A DNA stretch of 64,000 bases, from the NCBI GenBank assembly GCA_965226495.1, contig OZ245365.1:576001-640000 (forward strand), in the 5' to 3' direction. Every line of letters begins with the position of its first letter. Within the stretch, counting starts at the first letter, position 1. The translations under genes were made by a program, and so were the position numbers. Positions 39,201 to 48,500 of this stretch are shown piece by piece. Under the pieces are notes generated by a model, which made no database searches, was not told the DNA's origin, and was given only the letters and a program-made list of their open reading frames with translations. Origin of the DNA: Candidatus Marinacidobacterales bacterium (GTDB lineage Bacteria; Acidobacteriota; Vicinamibacteria; Marinacidobacterales; DATDRI01).

Positions 39201-39230
39201 CTCGGCGACCCGGCACTTCGTTTGCGTTAA
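27201..39230 (+). CDS. Giant secreted repeat protein 2 (4009 aa) with C-terminal C25 peptidase cassette
   Basis: TTG start with GGAGG RBS, signal peptide ending AQA-QD, modules shared with genes 1 and 3, an SdrD-B-like domain, beta-helices, and C25 motifs GHG, NCL and LLGDP. Confidence 0.92.
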   Translation: MSIEFRLSARKILSLFYSLWVFGVLLGSASPAQAQDVTVSASGAQTATIVIPSTNQYVGGKFVIIDNTGSRNITGITITESGAVDALNNLDNIKLFYELDTTAPYDGASESFAGSELQFGATDTDGFSAANGTSSFTDSVAIDTTSTLVVYVVFDVGAGASAGETVQITIEDASSEVVASVGTVGPGTAVSISGTSILSAAGCGPVVNYRSIGAQATPLANTGTASVALNGTVVNFSGVSLPANLGQGDRIFLNTGGVNEERFILSRDSATRVTLQTPAQNSHGGVPYLIERVYNGATPIRDWEVATQVNLVGLNRRETGVAYNDAVFNDPGVISINGATTDACHFRTLTVAAGQRHTGIEGTGVAIDGGGGLAFDDDYTVLEWFEIANVGDALEIIGANLLFANLIIRDFGPSGFDTSGSSWSYTARNCFVYGGGSHGFSGGTGAGPTATVENCTIYGNSGAGINEGTGPVFTVRNTLSMGNSGLDFNIVAGTQTNNMSSDTSALPIANRSKLPADQFIDHLGTPPNFHLKSTADAKDIGSDLSAFFTNDIDNDPRPIGAGWEIGADEQGVAGPTLILADHDAGQVADKFTSTPSVTDVLFAFKLTRSGTVTVDNIRVNFTTGDVANGDVSNGELYRDVNNNGIFDSGTDTLVLGGVTPVAGVLAFNSLSEDPGAGTNYIVRATVINLIPNDTTTFSMGTADIDEVQGGITESGSITGAVHTQDGIPNLTEGHYRWRNDDGGESGGSDTTEVSSTGPATTTGTGSYEALTGMSITPGAGDYLVWFSGTLRNDTTGTQHVSLFLDGGQITHTEREITTESSIPDARFVTATHTYIAGVTAGQAINVQWQTSAGVATMLEHTLTVTKVNAADVTQVIRTNALSTGPVTDTLIDGMTLTPGAGDYLIWFSGSNANTLDPTKNHVSLYVNGTQVVGTEREIDQEESLGNTFFPVASHARVLSVGAGQAIEARWRVDAGMATMNARTLTVYKINPADNFQAQSDTDDGPFSGGTYTQVNSMTLTPGVGDYLVWFSSSVVTSGQSGDTFHVSLFSGGSQVLESAREIWNEGSIDISPFQSYPVATHAYITGVGATDDIEVRWVRTSGTGNATMHERTLAVQKIVSGSGATFSIAQDTKLTGLAKSTIQRVRFGVSNEGTGTSGPVTYELQVAETATCSAGTYSTVPTAAGGHWQVFGSTFITDGEATSDISPGLTNDATTFVTGELKDTGNTTGSITLATDEFTEIEFSVQALAAATDGGDYCFRLYDAANTQVLDTYTVYAEVQLAGAGGASLTLANHDSGQVADKFTTTSPVTDVLFRFKLTRSGTVTVDNLRVQYTTGTVIDADITSGELWRDVNNDGVVDGGDFSVQTGIAGSAGALAFNSLGEDPGIAGTHYLVRATVANLVAADTTTFSLGAADIDEVEGGVAESGSIANATHTQDVGSGSDIAGTISEDVNGDGSLADAAVRDNATVSLYQDGGDVQPDGGDDIFLTVTSTDVSGNYTFASLSAGTYWVVVDSKTVTPSAGLNGSFVQGDVWPEQTYGAIGAWCDDGTGVATELGATGACFGGQVSTVSDDASTLAASEHVTRVVVVASNVSGVDFGFSFVPVVNTLAGDAQDDDGSANRTVQGSLRQFIQNANAVVGANAMRFVPSGPTNTTDGGGNNWWSIDVTLVLPAVTDVNTTIDGTAYDRSDGFTVLNTNATLLGFVGAVGLGADALPGTADEPTLSGVQGPELEIVNDRATNVVDIGLDLQANDLTVRRIASYGFGSSNLFQDANIRVGINSGATNFTGILIEDNVIGSNAASFTDPGAGNRSTVNDIAVFGADSGTIQSNLIGYAGRFGVFLSDTAVGWTVQGNEIRANALTNAAQDGLDIGNSSSGATVSGNLFALSDGGGVDSWRGLGNNLIENNTFSQNGQAGTEPAAMRIFGADNVIRLNDIQDNVGPGVLIVSDISQTGSPSIQNDISQNRFSGNGSNAIDLLALGGDASLGDGITVNDASTDAQAGNIGLDYPVITSATISAGTTTVTGTTCASCDVEVYRAVAGAGDTLATVDYGEGVEFLGSTTADGLGDWTVGGITTLIAGDDVSAITMDTNDNTSEFGVNVTVVVAGSVSLTLADHGVGQVGDRFTTTASVTEVLYQFKLTRVGTFDVTELRVNFTTTDGIASGDVTSAELWRDLNGNGAVDGADTMIQGGITGSGGQLIFTTDFTPGTGAGTDYLVRATVNNLADGEFTTFSLSAAEITESVAVPESGSVSNALHIQDPAPPSCSASFNWLGTPLDVSPGGTGAWVDVDVSATVPAGSTGVILQVVGDAATDYDYGVRMNGSSDDWMIVDNDDNMRNGPIQRFYMVGVDAGRIFEVFQDSATITTYLVGYTGNGVTFFLNAINKSFDAPLNSYQPISIAADTGGDTAIGAIFNINNLFSSGTAYGLRHPSSGLDIYNETRAESFHTQVVGVDGSEVAEAKIGNAQLDIYLTGYITSGAVFFTTPLNKSTATLEPTYVDVDITGDIGADDANGVFLEFNEVGNASRNVAVRMNGETYDLGYYNEMRHHGAFTAIDGSDIFEQKIQWDDMDLYMHGYTLASCGAPAPTTNYRSIGSAGPYSAFDVAATNGSPVVVGNGTAWVTANRGRGDHIDIDGADYTILSVDTESQLTLTGPFTGVTGVGKAYTISRQFDTLQEWEDCISTGVGCVYFPVAGGDLVGDNRREVGIAYADTDFTWSVLGNRILFIDDSTTDADHDITLTADGGNRHYGRAGQGVVLDNTTNTIDAMGVRDDFVTVEWLEVKNGGAGTDGIQIRSQAVSNRVVVRNNLVHDVGQLGIVTNYEGLVIDIYNNIVYNTPDPGIRIGAAVALTAASEIRILNNTVYNIGNNGISTSGAVAAGSTEITLQNNIAHTTVGDAFLVGSPVVVNAASSNNLSSDGTALTHSPNSGSPNGIQEADVNNLNFVSTTPGSEDLHITSGSAAENLAADLSSTFDFDIDSGGRVLPWDIGADDIAATTAVELVSFEARGIDGAVELTWETGSEIDNLGFHLYRSLTEEGAYEQITASVIPGLGSSPEGAKYAYHDSGRTNGVTYYYRLEDIETTGVTELHGPVSATPTAEVIVEGDTGDEEDGTGEELGELSSRITYGDPAANELKVRRRGKKWMELELITEGFYAIPQEDGSVLLEVPGFEDFGGPDLPDVPAYRTWQNVLAGRNVKLASVKVGGVAEFASLRPSSSELIVVASGDGTVQTGRRRKKRRQAPHVYYPESWAQLMNVGFQGPAKKALVEMAPLRWDATAEKLVLARRIVVRIAFKGKDKAELKLGKSHREVGSHANRSVYARIAVTEPGLYGVSYESVFGKRRKAIKTSSLRLSRQGEPVAFFVSPNAKKFKKKSVLYFLSDGSDLNPYGQEAVYELEASQQGLRMEALNGAPEGAPTSFYWKTVKREENLLYQAAFEGEEDIWQWDWLFGPMTNGYPFEVTNLSPVAENSKLRVWLHGASDFPEDPDHHVRLYVNGTLLTDTWWDGETPHFVEAELGPGLLQEGENTLEIEEVGDTEAQYSMVMLDRFEVSYPSQLVAQLGELEGSFSESGVATVTGPRGQIGALSPPAVAQSTEGEPWGWGPKALIFDVTETEPRRISGASVVPGGLSFGVESGRHYLLTDSVKIPEVSRAQSTGLKQVWSRAEYLVIGPREFLAAAVPLLAHRRNEGLIAGAIATEDIYDEFGYGEATPESIRDFLSYVYHHWSEPTLRYVVLLGDGTYDYKDYLATGVKSQVPVKILKTRYIWTASDPWYGAINGDDILPDVAIGRLPAASIEEVQTLVQKILAYESASPDSEAPIVLVTDNPDIAGNFDADAEEIASTVFSEEGVEKIYLSQLGTAGAQSAILNAFDEGASLMSYMGHGAIHLWANENLLNIWQVESLSSQEQQPLLLTMNCLNGYFHFPYFNSLSEELLKAEGKGIIAAFSPTGLSLNNPAHRFHKALLDHVVNQQHERLGDAILAGQAAYAETGAFPELLRIYHLLGDPALRLR
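36183..39230 (+). repeat. Conserved C-terminal C25 cassette, copy 2
   Basis: TTAVELVSF...SYMGHG...TMNCLNGYF...YHLLGDPALRLR. Confidence 0.95.
37945..38016 (+). mobile_element. Double-hairpin palindromic element inserted in frame in gene 2
   Basis: GAGCCCTCAGCCCACCCGCAGTCGCGCAGTCGACGGAGGGTGAGCCTTGGGGGTGGGGCCCCAAGGCATTGA, encoding ALSPPAVAQSTEGEPWGWGPKAL. Gene 1 lacks it at this position (SPPGNLFDV). Confidence 0.7.
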
Positions 39231-39290
39231 GACAACCAGAAAATTCCAGTTTGTCCGCCTCCGTCATTACGTACAGTTTTGCTGGATTGA

Positions 39291-39345
39291 GGATGCATCC
39301 CACCACATATGGGAACCTCTACAGAGAGCGTAGCCAACTCCCCGC
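39291..39345 (+). promoter_or_regulatory. Putative enhancer (UAS) boxes, giant gene 3
   Basis: CCACATATGGGAA, then GTAGccaactccCCGC at 39330, 21 nt after ATGG at 39309. Confidence 0.6.
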
Positions 39346-39377
39346 ACATGGCTTGAACCGGAAAGATGCCCCCACTC

Positions 39378-39446
39378 TAAGCGACTGATTCTAAGCGGGT
39401 TCTCGCAGACTTATCTTGACAGCCTTATCAGGCATTGCTCTTGCTT
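39378..39446 (+). promoter_or_regulatory. IHF-like site plus sigma-54 promoter, giant gene 3
   Basis: TAAgcgaCTGATT (39378-39390). aGGCAttgctcTTGCT has GG 39431-32 and GC 39443-44. Confidence 0.75.
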
Positions 39447-39511
39447 TAATCAGGACGCAATGGGGGAAGTGTGTCGATGAAGGCCGGCGTTCCAGGAAAC
39501 GGGTGTCTCCG

Positions 39512-42500
39512 ATGAGGCGATTCGTCGGTGCTCTAGCCCTCGCCGTTCCTTTTCTGGTAGCCAGTCTCCCCGCAGAGGCGCAGGACGTTCTGACCCAGGG
39601 CCATTACCGGTGGCGGAACGATGACGGGGGGGAGGGGGACGTCGATACCGTTCAGGTCAGCGACACCGCCGATACGACTACCGTCAGCGGCACGTACGAG
39701 CTGGTATCGGGCATGACCATCACCCCGGGCGCCGGGGACTACTTGGTCTGGTTCAGTGGGTCGCTGGAGAGCACCGCAGGAGGTTCTACCCAAAATGTCT
39801 CTCTGTTTGTCGACGGCGGCCAGATTACCCATACCGAGCGCGAGATACTGACCGAAGGCTCGATTCCCGACACTCCTTTTACCGCGGTCACCCACGCTTT
39901 CTTGCCGGGAGTAACGGCGGGCCAAGCGATCAATGTGCGCTGGAGGACGAGTGGGGGCACCGCCACCATGCACCAGCGCACGCTGGTGCTCACCAAGGTC
40001 AACGCCGCGGATGTCACGCAGGTCAGTGCGACGGCGAACGACACGACGACCAGCGCCGCCTACACCGCGGTCACCGGGATGAGCATCACCCCGGGAGCGG
40101 GTGATTACTTGGTGTGGTTCAGCGGTTCGGTGAACGGCGACACCAATACGACGGAGCAACAGGTTTCTCTGTTCGTGAACGGGGTCCAGGTGGCGCATAC
40201 CGAGCGCCGGGCGGACCAGGAAGACTCTCTGACCAATACCTATTTTCCCGTGGGGTTGCATGTGCGTTTGACGTCAGTGGGAGCGGCGGAAGCCATCGAC
40301 GTGCGTTGGCAGACCACGGGCGGTACCGCCACCATGGCGGAGCGGACGTTGACGGTGTACCAGATCAACCCGGCCGACAGCTCCCAGGCCAGTGCGACGT
40401 TGGATGACACCACGGTAAGCGCGACGTGGACTCCGGTGGACAGCATGGCGCTGACGCCGGGCGTCGGGGACTATCGCATCTGGTTCAGCAGCTCGGTGGA
40501 AGGGACGACGGCCAACTCGGTCCAAGATGTGGCGCTCTATGTCAATGGCATCCAGGTAGCCCACACAGTGCGGAGTTTCCTGTTGGAAAGCTCCCTGACG
40601 GATACGTTCCAATCTTTTCCTGTCGCCCTTCACGCTTATGTGACGGGGGTGGGGGCGGCGGACGTCATCGACGTGCGTTGGCAGACGTCGGGTGGCACCG
40701 CCACCATGCACGAGCGCACCCTGGTGGTAGACCGATTGCAAAGCGTCAGCGGTGCGACCTTTGCCGCGGCGGAAGACACCAAGCTCACCGCTCTTACCAA
40801 GAACACACTCAAGCGAGTTCGCTTCGAGGTCTCGAACGAGGGCGCGGGAGGCTCCGGCCCCGTCGCCTATGAGCTCCAAGTGGCCGAGACCGCCACCTGC
40901 AGCTCCGGCACCTATACCACGGTACCCACCGCAGCCACCGGCCACTGGCAAGTCATCGACTCCAGCTTCATTACCGACGGCGAGGCGAGCTCGAATGTCA
41001 CCGATGGCCTGACCGATGAAGCGACCACCTTTGTGGCGGGTGAGGCCAAAGACACCGGCAACACCACCGGAAGCATCACCCTAGCCTCGGACGCGTTCAC
41101 CGAGATCGAGTTTGCGGTACAAGCACTAGCCGCTGCCACCAATGGGGGGGACTACTGTTTCCGCCTCTACGATGCGACCAACAATCAGGTCCTCGACGCC
41201 TATTCGGTCTACGCCGAAGTCAGTTTGGCGGTGGACGTTCTGACCCAGGGCCACTACCGGTGGCGGAACGATGACGGTGGAGAGGTCGCCGCCACCTGGG
41301 CAGCCGCCGAGGACACCGCTCTGAGCCCGTTGGAAAAAAACACCATTCGACGGGTGCGCCTCGGGGTGTCGAACGAAGGGACAGCCAGCTCGGGTGGCGT
41401 GGCTTACGAGCTGCAAGTAGCCGAGACCGCGACGTGTAGTGCGGGCGCCTATGCCGCGGTGCCGATCGCGGCCACCGGTCACTGGCAAGTCATCAACTCT
41501 AGCTTCATTACCGACGGTGAGGTGACCTCGAACGTGGCCGGCGGTCTGACCGATGACGCCACCACCTTCGTGGCGGGTGAGGCCAAGGACACTGGCAACC
41601 CGACCAGCGGTTTCACCTTGGCGCCGGACGAGTTCACCGAGATCGAGTTTGCGGTCCAGGCTACGAACAATGCTACGGCCGGCGGGGACTATTGTTTCCG
41701 ACTCTATGACGCGACGAACAACGAGGTCCTCGATACCTATACCGTCTACGCCCAGGTGACCTTGGCGACAGATGTTCTGACCCAGGGCCACTACCGGTGG
41801 CGGAATGACGACGGAGGGGAAGGAAGCGTCGATAACTTTCAGGTCAGCGAAACCGTCGATACGATGACCACCGGTGGGAGCTACGAGCTGGTATCGGGCA
41901 TGACGATCACCCCGGGCGCCGGAGACTACTTAGTCTGGTTCAGTGGCTCGCTGGAGAGCACCACGGGGGGCTCTACTCAACATGTCTCTCTGTTTGTGGA
42001 CACCGGCCAGATTACCCATACCGAACGCGAGGTACTGACCGAAGGCTCGATTCCCGACACTCCGTTTACCGCGGTCACCCACGCGTTTTTGCCGGGAGTG
42101 ACGGCGGGCCAGGCGATCAATGTGCGCTGGAGGACGACCGGTGGCACCGCTACCATGCACCAGCGCACGCTGGCGGTCACCCGGGTCAACCCTGCGGATG
42201 TCACGCAGGTCAGTGCGACGGCGAACGACACGACGACCAGCGCCGCCTACACCGCGGTCACCGGTATGAGCATCACCCCGGGAGCGGGTGATTACTTGGT
42301 GTGGTTCAGCGGTTCGGTGAACGGCAACACCAATACGACGGAGCAACAGGTTTCTCTGTTCGTGAACGGGGTGCAGGTGGCGCATACCGAGCGACGGGCA
42401 GACCAGGAAGACTCTTTGACAAATACTTATTTTCCGGTGGCGTTGCACGCGCGTTTGACGGGAGTGGGAGCGGCGGAAGCCATCGACGTGCGTTGGCAGA

Positions 42501-45500
42501 CCACGGGCGGTACGGCCACGATGGCGGAGCGGACGTTGACGGTGTACCAGATCAACGCGGCCGACAGCGCCCAGGCCAGTGCGACCTTAGATGACACGAC
42601 GGTAAGCGCGACGTGGACTCCGGTGGACAGCATGGCGCTGACCCCGGGCGCCGGGGACTATCTCGTTTGGTTCAGCAGCTCGTTGGAAGGGACGACGGCC
42701 AACTCGGTTCAAGATGTGGCGCTCTATGTCAATGGGATCCAGGTAGCCTACACCTTGCGGAACTTCTTGGTGGAAAGCTCCCTCATCGATACGTTCCAAT
42801 CCTTCCCCGTCGCCCTTCACGCGTATGTGACGGGGGTGGGTGCAGCGGACGTCATCGACGTGCGATGGCAGACATCGGGCGGTACCGCCACCATGCACGA
42901 GCGCACCCTGGTGGTGCAACGGGTAACGAACCCCAGCGGTGCGACCTGGGCCGCGGCGGAGGACACCAAGCTCACCGGTCTCGCCAAGAGCACGATCAAA
43001 AGGGTTCGCTTGGAAGTCTCGAATGGGGGCACCGGGAGCTCGGGGGCTGTGACCTACGAACTGCAAGTGGCCGAGACCGCCACCTGCAGCGCCGGCACCT
43101 ATACCACGGTGCCCACCGCCGCCACCGGCCACTGGCAAGTCATCGATTCCGGCTTCATCACCGACGCCGAGCCCACGTTTAACATCAATCCGGGCCTGAC
43201 GGATGGCGCGACAACGTTTGTTTCGGGTGAGTCGAAAGACACCGGCAACACGACTGGCAGCATCACCCTCGCCTCCGACGCGTTCACCGAGATCGAGTTC
43301 TCGGTTCAAGCACTAGCCGCTGCCACCGACGGCGGTGACTACTGTTTCCGCCTCTACGACGCAACCAACAGTCAGGTCCTCGATACCTACTCGGTCTACT
43401 CCGAGGTCCAGCTGGGCGCCCCGCCCACCGATGTCACGGTGAGTGCGTCGGGCACCCAAACCGCCAGCATGTTCATTCCCAGTACCGACCAGTATGTGGG
43501 TGGCAAGTTCGTCATTATCGACAATACGGGCTCTCGGAACATTACGGGGATCACCATCACCGAAAGCGGGACGGTGGATGCCCTGAACAATCTGGACAAC
43601 ATCAAGCTTTTTTACGAGCTCGACACGACGGCTCCCTATGACGGAGCGAGCGAAAGCTATGCCGGGGGGGAACTCCAGTTCGGAGTGACCGACACCGACG
43701 GCTTCAGCGCCGCCAACGGGACGTCCAGTTTCACCGACACGGTGGCGATCGATACGACCTCTACGCTGGTTGTGTACGTGGTCTTCGATGTGGGTGCGGG
43801 GGCCACCCCTGGTGAGACGGTCGAGATCAGCATCAACGACCCATCCACCGAAGTCACCGCCAGCGCAGGAACCGTCGGCCCGGCTACGCCGGTTGCGATC
43901 CCTGGGACCACGACGCTCACCGCGGCGGTTACTGTGAGTGCGTCAGGTACCCAGACGGCGAGTATGGCCATCCCCAGTACGAACCAGTACGTGGGAGGCA
44001 AGTTCGTCATCGTCGACAACACGGGCTCGCGGAACATCACGGGCATCACGATTACCGAGAGCGGGACCGTCGATGCCCTGAATAATCTGGATAACATCAA
44101 GCTCTTCTATGAGCTCGATTCGACCGCTCCCTATGACGGGGCGAGCGAAAGCTACGCCGGGACGGAGTCTCAGTTCGGGGTAACGGACACGACCGGTTTC
44201 AGCGCTGCCAACGGGACATCGAGCTTCACGGACACGGTGGCGATCAACACGACATCCACGCTGGTGATGTATGTCGTCCTCGATGTCGGTGCGGGTGCTT
44301 CCGGCGGAGAGACCGTCGAGATCAGCATCAACGACCCCTCGACCGAAGTCACAGCGAGTGCGGGCACGGTGGGGCCGGCAACGCCGGTGGCGATTTCTGG
44401 GACGACGACACTTTCGGCGGGGTCTGGCGGCGTCATCTTCTACTCGGTGGGGACGGACAACACCGCCCTTTATTCGGACACCGCCTCGGCGTCGGCCGGG
44501 ACCCTCACGTTGAATAGCCCGGCCGTCGACAAAATCGGAGTCGGTGACGAGATACGGGAAGGAACCAATCGCTATTACATCACTGGGCGCAACTCGGCGA
44601 CCGAGTTTACGATTCAGAACTCTGCCGCCAACGGCGGCACACCGGGGGATACGAATATTAGCTTCGCATCCACTGCGATTACGATTTTCCGAGCCTTCAA
44701 CAGCTTGACGTCCGCGGAAGCGGGCTCCACCGACACAAACCATCTCAACACCGCCGACCTCGTCGCCGGAAACTTCCAAGTCAACTGGACTTGTTACAAC
44801 GATGCTGCTCTCGATGACATGGTGTTGATCAACGGGTACACGACGGGAGCCAGCAACTACATCCACATCTATACACCGACAGCGACAAGCGAAGTCGGCA
44901 CCTCCCAACGTCACACCGGAACAGCAGGAACGGGATTTCGCTTGGTACCGAACACCAGTACTCCACCCAGCCAGGTCAACATCATTGACATCCTCGATGA
45001 TGATGTCCGCCTCACCGGGATCGAGATCGATGGCTCCAGTATTACCAATGCCCAGAATCTGGCAGGAATTAGCGTTGACGTTTCGGTTTCTGCCTCGGGT
45101 GATATTCAATTGAACAAAATCATCCTGCACGATCTTCAGAGTCAGGACGGGACCGGTGGCGATGCCGACGTTAATGCGCTCGACATTGCTAATGGGAACC
45201 TAAAACTCAGCAACTCGATCATCTATGACATCGCACAGACCACGGCGAACGCCAATGCCCGTACTCGAGGAGTCGACATAACGGGCGGTTCCAACCATTA
45301 TCTTCATAACAATACGCTCTTCAATATCAAGAACTCACTCAACACACATTCTGCCTATGGAATCAATGTCGGAGCTGGCACGGTCACCGTCAGGAATACG
45401 GTCGTTCTAGATGTTGTTTCTGCTCTTGGTTCCGAAGGGTGCTTCAATGGAACGATCACTCAACTCAATAACGTTTCCTCCGACACCACCGCGGTCGGCC

Positions 45501-48500
45501 CCCAGAACCAAACGGCCTACGCCACCTATTTCCAGAACATCACCAATGGCAGCGAGAATCTTCACCTGCGGAACGACTCCACCACACTTTGGGGCTCGTT
45601 CGGTGCCGATTTGGACGCTGATCCCAATCTGCCAGTCACCGATGATATCGATGGAGATGCTAGGGATGCCTCTACCCCTGACATCGGTGCCGATGAGTTC
45701 ACCGGTGCCGTGGGGGCGGGTGTCGTCTTCTACTCGGTGGGGACGGACAATACCGCGCTCTACTCGGGGAACGCCTCGGCGTCGAGCGGAACGTTGACAC
45801 TTAGCAGTCCTGCCGCCGACCGTATCGGAGTCGGTGACGAGATACGGGAAGGGGCGAATCGGTACTACATCAACGGGCGCAACTCGGCGACCGAGTTCAC
45901 GGTTCAAAACTCGGCTGCGAATGGAGGCACCCCGGGCGATACGAACATTAACTTCGCGTCGACCGCGATCACGATTTTCCGGGCCTTCAACGACTTGGAC
46001 ACGGCGACCACCGGCTCTGCCGACGCCAACCACCTCAACACCGCTGACCTCGTCGCGGGGGATTTCCAGCTCAACTGGGCCTGTTACAACGACGGGCCGG
46101 ACCCCTCGTGGAGGCCTGCCATCGAGGAGCCCTGGGTTACCGGAGCATCTAACTACATCCGATTATTCACGCCCACCGATCCAAGCCAAGTGGGAGTATC
46201 ACAGAGGCACACCGGCACCGCTGGCACCGGATATCGAATCCGTCCCGTGGGATCAGCCATTGGTATAAGTCACTTCAACTTCGTGTTCATCAGCACCGAC
46301 AACGGTTACGTACGATTGGAAGGTATTGAAATTGACGGCTCCGGGCTTACCAACGCCGAAAACATCCGGGGTATTTATATCAATGATCCTGCGCCAGGCA
46401 CAGGGGAAGACGTTCGGATTTCCCATAGCCTTATCCATGATTTAGTCAATACCACGATCGATGATTCGGATCAGAGCAAAATCCTCGCTCTCTATGTAGA
46501 CCAAACCAACAATACAAAGATCTCGAATAATGTCGTCTACCATCTCCTCAATGTCTCGACCAATGCGGCGAGCGAGACGACAGGACTAGACAGTGTGGTA
46601 GGCGGAACGACACATTATGTCTTTAACAATACGTTTTACGATATTCAGAGCACCGCAACTACCCAACAGGCACGCGGGATTTGGGATAGTGTTGGTTCGA
46701 CGCTTGACGTCCAAAACAACTATGTAGGACTTGTAGACAGCGTCGGGGGATTGGAGGCCTGTTTCGTGGGGCCTTTTGCAAACGAGAACAACAATGTGTC
46801 CTCCGACGCGACCGCCGCCGGCACCGACAGCCAGACCAACCAGTCGGCCTATGCCTCCTACTTCGTAGACACGACGGGTGGTAGCGAGAACCTCCATCTA
46901 ATCAACGACTCCAACACGCTTTGGGGCTCGTTCGGCGCCGATCTAGACACCGATCCCAACCTGCCGGTCACCGATGACATCGACGCCGATGCTCGGGATG
47001 CGTCGACCCCGGATATCGGCGCCGACGAGTTCAGTAATCCGGTCATTGTTACTTTCTATTCGGTGGGGACGGACAACACCGCCCTTTACTCGGACACCGG
47101 GTCCGCGTCGAGCGGTACGTTAACCCTGAACAGCGCTGCCGTGGACAAGATCGGAGTGGGCGACGAGATACGGGAAGGAGCGAACCGCTACTACATCACC
47201 GGGCGCATCTCAGCCACCCAGTTTACGATTCAGAACTCCGCCGCGAATGGAGGCACACCGGGCGATACGAATATTACCTTCGGGTTAACCGCGATCACGA
47301 TTTTTCGGGCCTTCAACACCCTCACCGCGGCCGAGGCGGGCTCCCTAGATGGCAGCCATCTCGGGACTGCGAACCTCGTCGTGAGCAATTTCCAACTCAA
47401 CTGGACCTGCTATAACGATACCGCCCTCGACGACACCGTCATCGTTAACTCGTATACGACCGGGCCCAACAACTACATTTACATTTACACTCCCACCGAC
47501 GCGACCGAGGTCGGCGTCTCCCAACGTCACGATGGAACCGCGGGGACGGGATTCCGCATGGTACCCGTCATCAATTCACCAGTTGGTATAACGCGAGTCC
47601 TCCGTGTCGCTGACGATCATGTCCGCATCACTGGGATTGAGATCGATGGCTCTAGTATTACCGATGGCCAGGAGATCGAAGGAGTTTCAACCGCCAATAC
47701 GCTGACCGCTGCCTCCGATGTTCGATTCACCAAACTCATCGTCCACGATATTCACAGTGAGAACGGTAGCGGCAGTGATGCCGATCCCATTGGCATCGCT
47801 ATTGGTGGAGGAAATGTAAAGCTCAGCAACTCGATCATCTATGACATCGTGCAGACCACCGCGCACGTTGACGCCGATGCTCGAGGAATTCGCACGTCCG
47901 GTGGTGCCAACAACGTCTATTTCCATAGCAATACGATCTTCAATATCAAGAACACCGGCGCCACTCGCTTCGCTTGGGGAATCCACAGCGGTGGCGGCAC
48001 GGTCACTGCCAAGAACACCGTCGTCTTGGATGTCGAAGCGACGAGCGGAACTGAAGGCTGCTTCAATGGGGCGATGACGCAGAGCAACAATGTCTCCTCG
48101 GATGCCACCGCGGTCGGTCCCCAGAATCAAACAGCCTACGCCTCGTACTTCCAGAACATCACCGACGGCAGCGAAGACCTCCACCTACTGAACGACTCGA
48201 ACACCCTTTGGGGCTCGTTCGGTGCGGATCTAGACAGCGATCCAAACCTTCCGGTCACTGACGATATCGATGCTGGCGCCCGTGATGCCACGCAGCCGGA
48301 CATCGGAGCCGATGAGTTTGGCGCTACCCCGTGCAGCCCGACCATCATCTATCGATCCATCGGCACCAGCACCGCAAATCTCGCCGATACGGGCACGGCG
48401 TCGGCGGGCCTCGGCGCTACCATCGTCACCTTCAGCGGCGTTAGTCTACCGACGAACATCGGCCAGGGCGACGAGTTGACGCTCGACATCGGTGGTGCCA

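Noticed and set aside
39416-39511. TTG start at 39416 for giant gene 3
   Set aside because: It lies upstream of the conserved sigma-54 promoter and displaces the signal peptide from the N-terminus.
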